A stretch of DNA of 52,746 bases, filler included, from Catajapyx aquilonaris (Eukaryota): NCBI GenBank assembly GCA_000934665.2. It is 2 parts of 2 records of this genome, joined end to end, with 100 filler letters (N's around TTAATTAATTAA, not from the genome) between each part and the next. Parts side by side here need not be neighbours in the genome. Positions count along the whole stretch, not along the records: positions 26,636 to 52,746 come from JYFJ02005256.1; 1 more part is not named here. One strand, written 5' to 3'. The notes under the pieces are model-generated. The model saw only the letters and a list, made by a program, of their open reading frames with translations, did not search any database and was not told the origin of the DNA. A program made the translations under genes and the position numbers. This document shows, one piece after another, positions 52,504 to 52,746 of this stretch. Positions within the stretch are counted from its first letter, which is position 1, and every line of letters begins with the position of its first letter.

Positions 52504-52746
52504 TCTACTTCGGGCCAAACACTTGAAACACACTGTATAATAGGGTGTAGCGTCATTGGACGAATTTTATCGGATCAAAAGGCACATTTCAGGTTTTGTT
52601 AAGTGGACCTCCCAAACTTCAAATATGAAAAGAAATTTTTTTTCCGACTAGTGTAACACCCCCTTTTTTGACCTTGAAAATTGTTAATATGCCCAACTTA
52701 GACCAATGAATGCTTACCAGCGACATGGTTGCGAACATATTGGTAA

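Overview
Repeat-rich eukaryotic genomic DNA, most likely from an arthropod (inferred from the protein and the SINE types). It holds the 5' part of one protein-coding gene on the + strand, Centaurin-gamma-1A / AGAP1-3-like Arf-GAP with a GTPase-like domain. There is a conserved first coding exon (2310-2481), a probable alternative polybasic first exon with its own CpG-rich promoter (12928-13021), and a shared exon 2 encoding the P-loop (22748-22983). I found no further exon. The rest is intronic or intergenic and packed with mobile DNA: at least four tRNA-derived SINE families with shuffled tails, many Tc1/mariner/pogo, hAT and Harbinger-type MITEs (often nested, many with clean target-site duplications, TSDs), a 5'-truncated LINE, and a non-autonomous Transib-type element whose ends resemble 12/23 V(D)J recombination signals. 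An artificial six-frame-stop linker at 26536-26635 means the right half may not be contiguous with the gene. Nearly all ORFs in the supplied track are spurious. I see no convincing wholly new biological system; the best leads are the alternative N-terminus, the RSS-like Transib ends and the modular SINEs.
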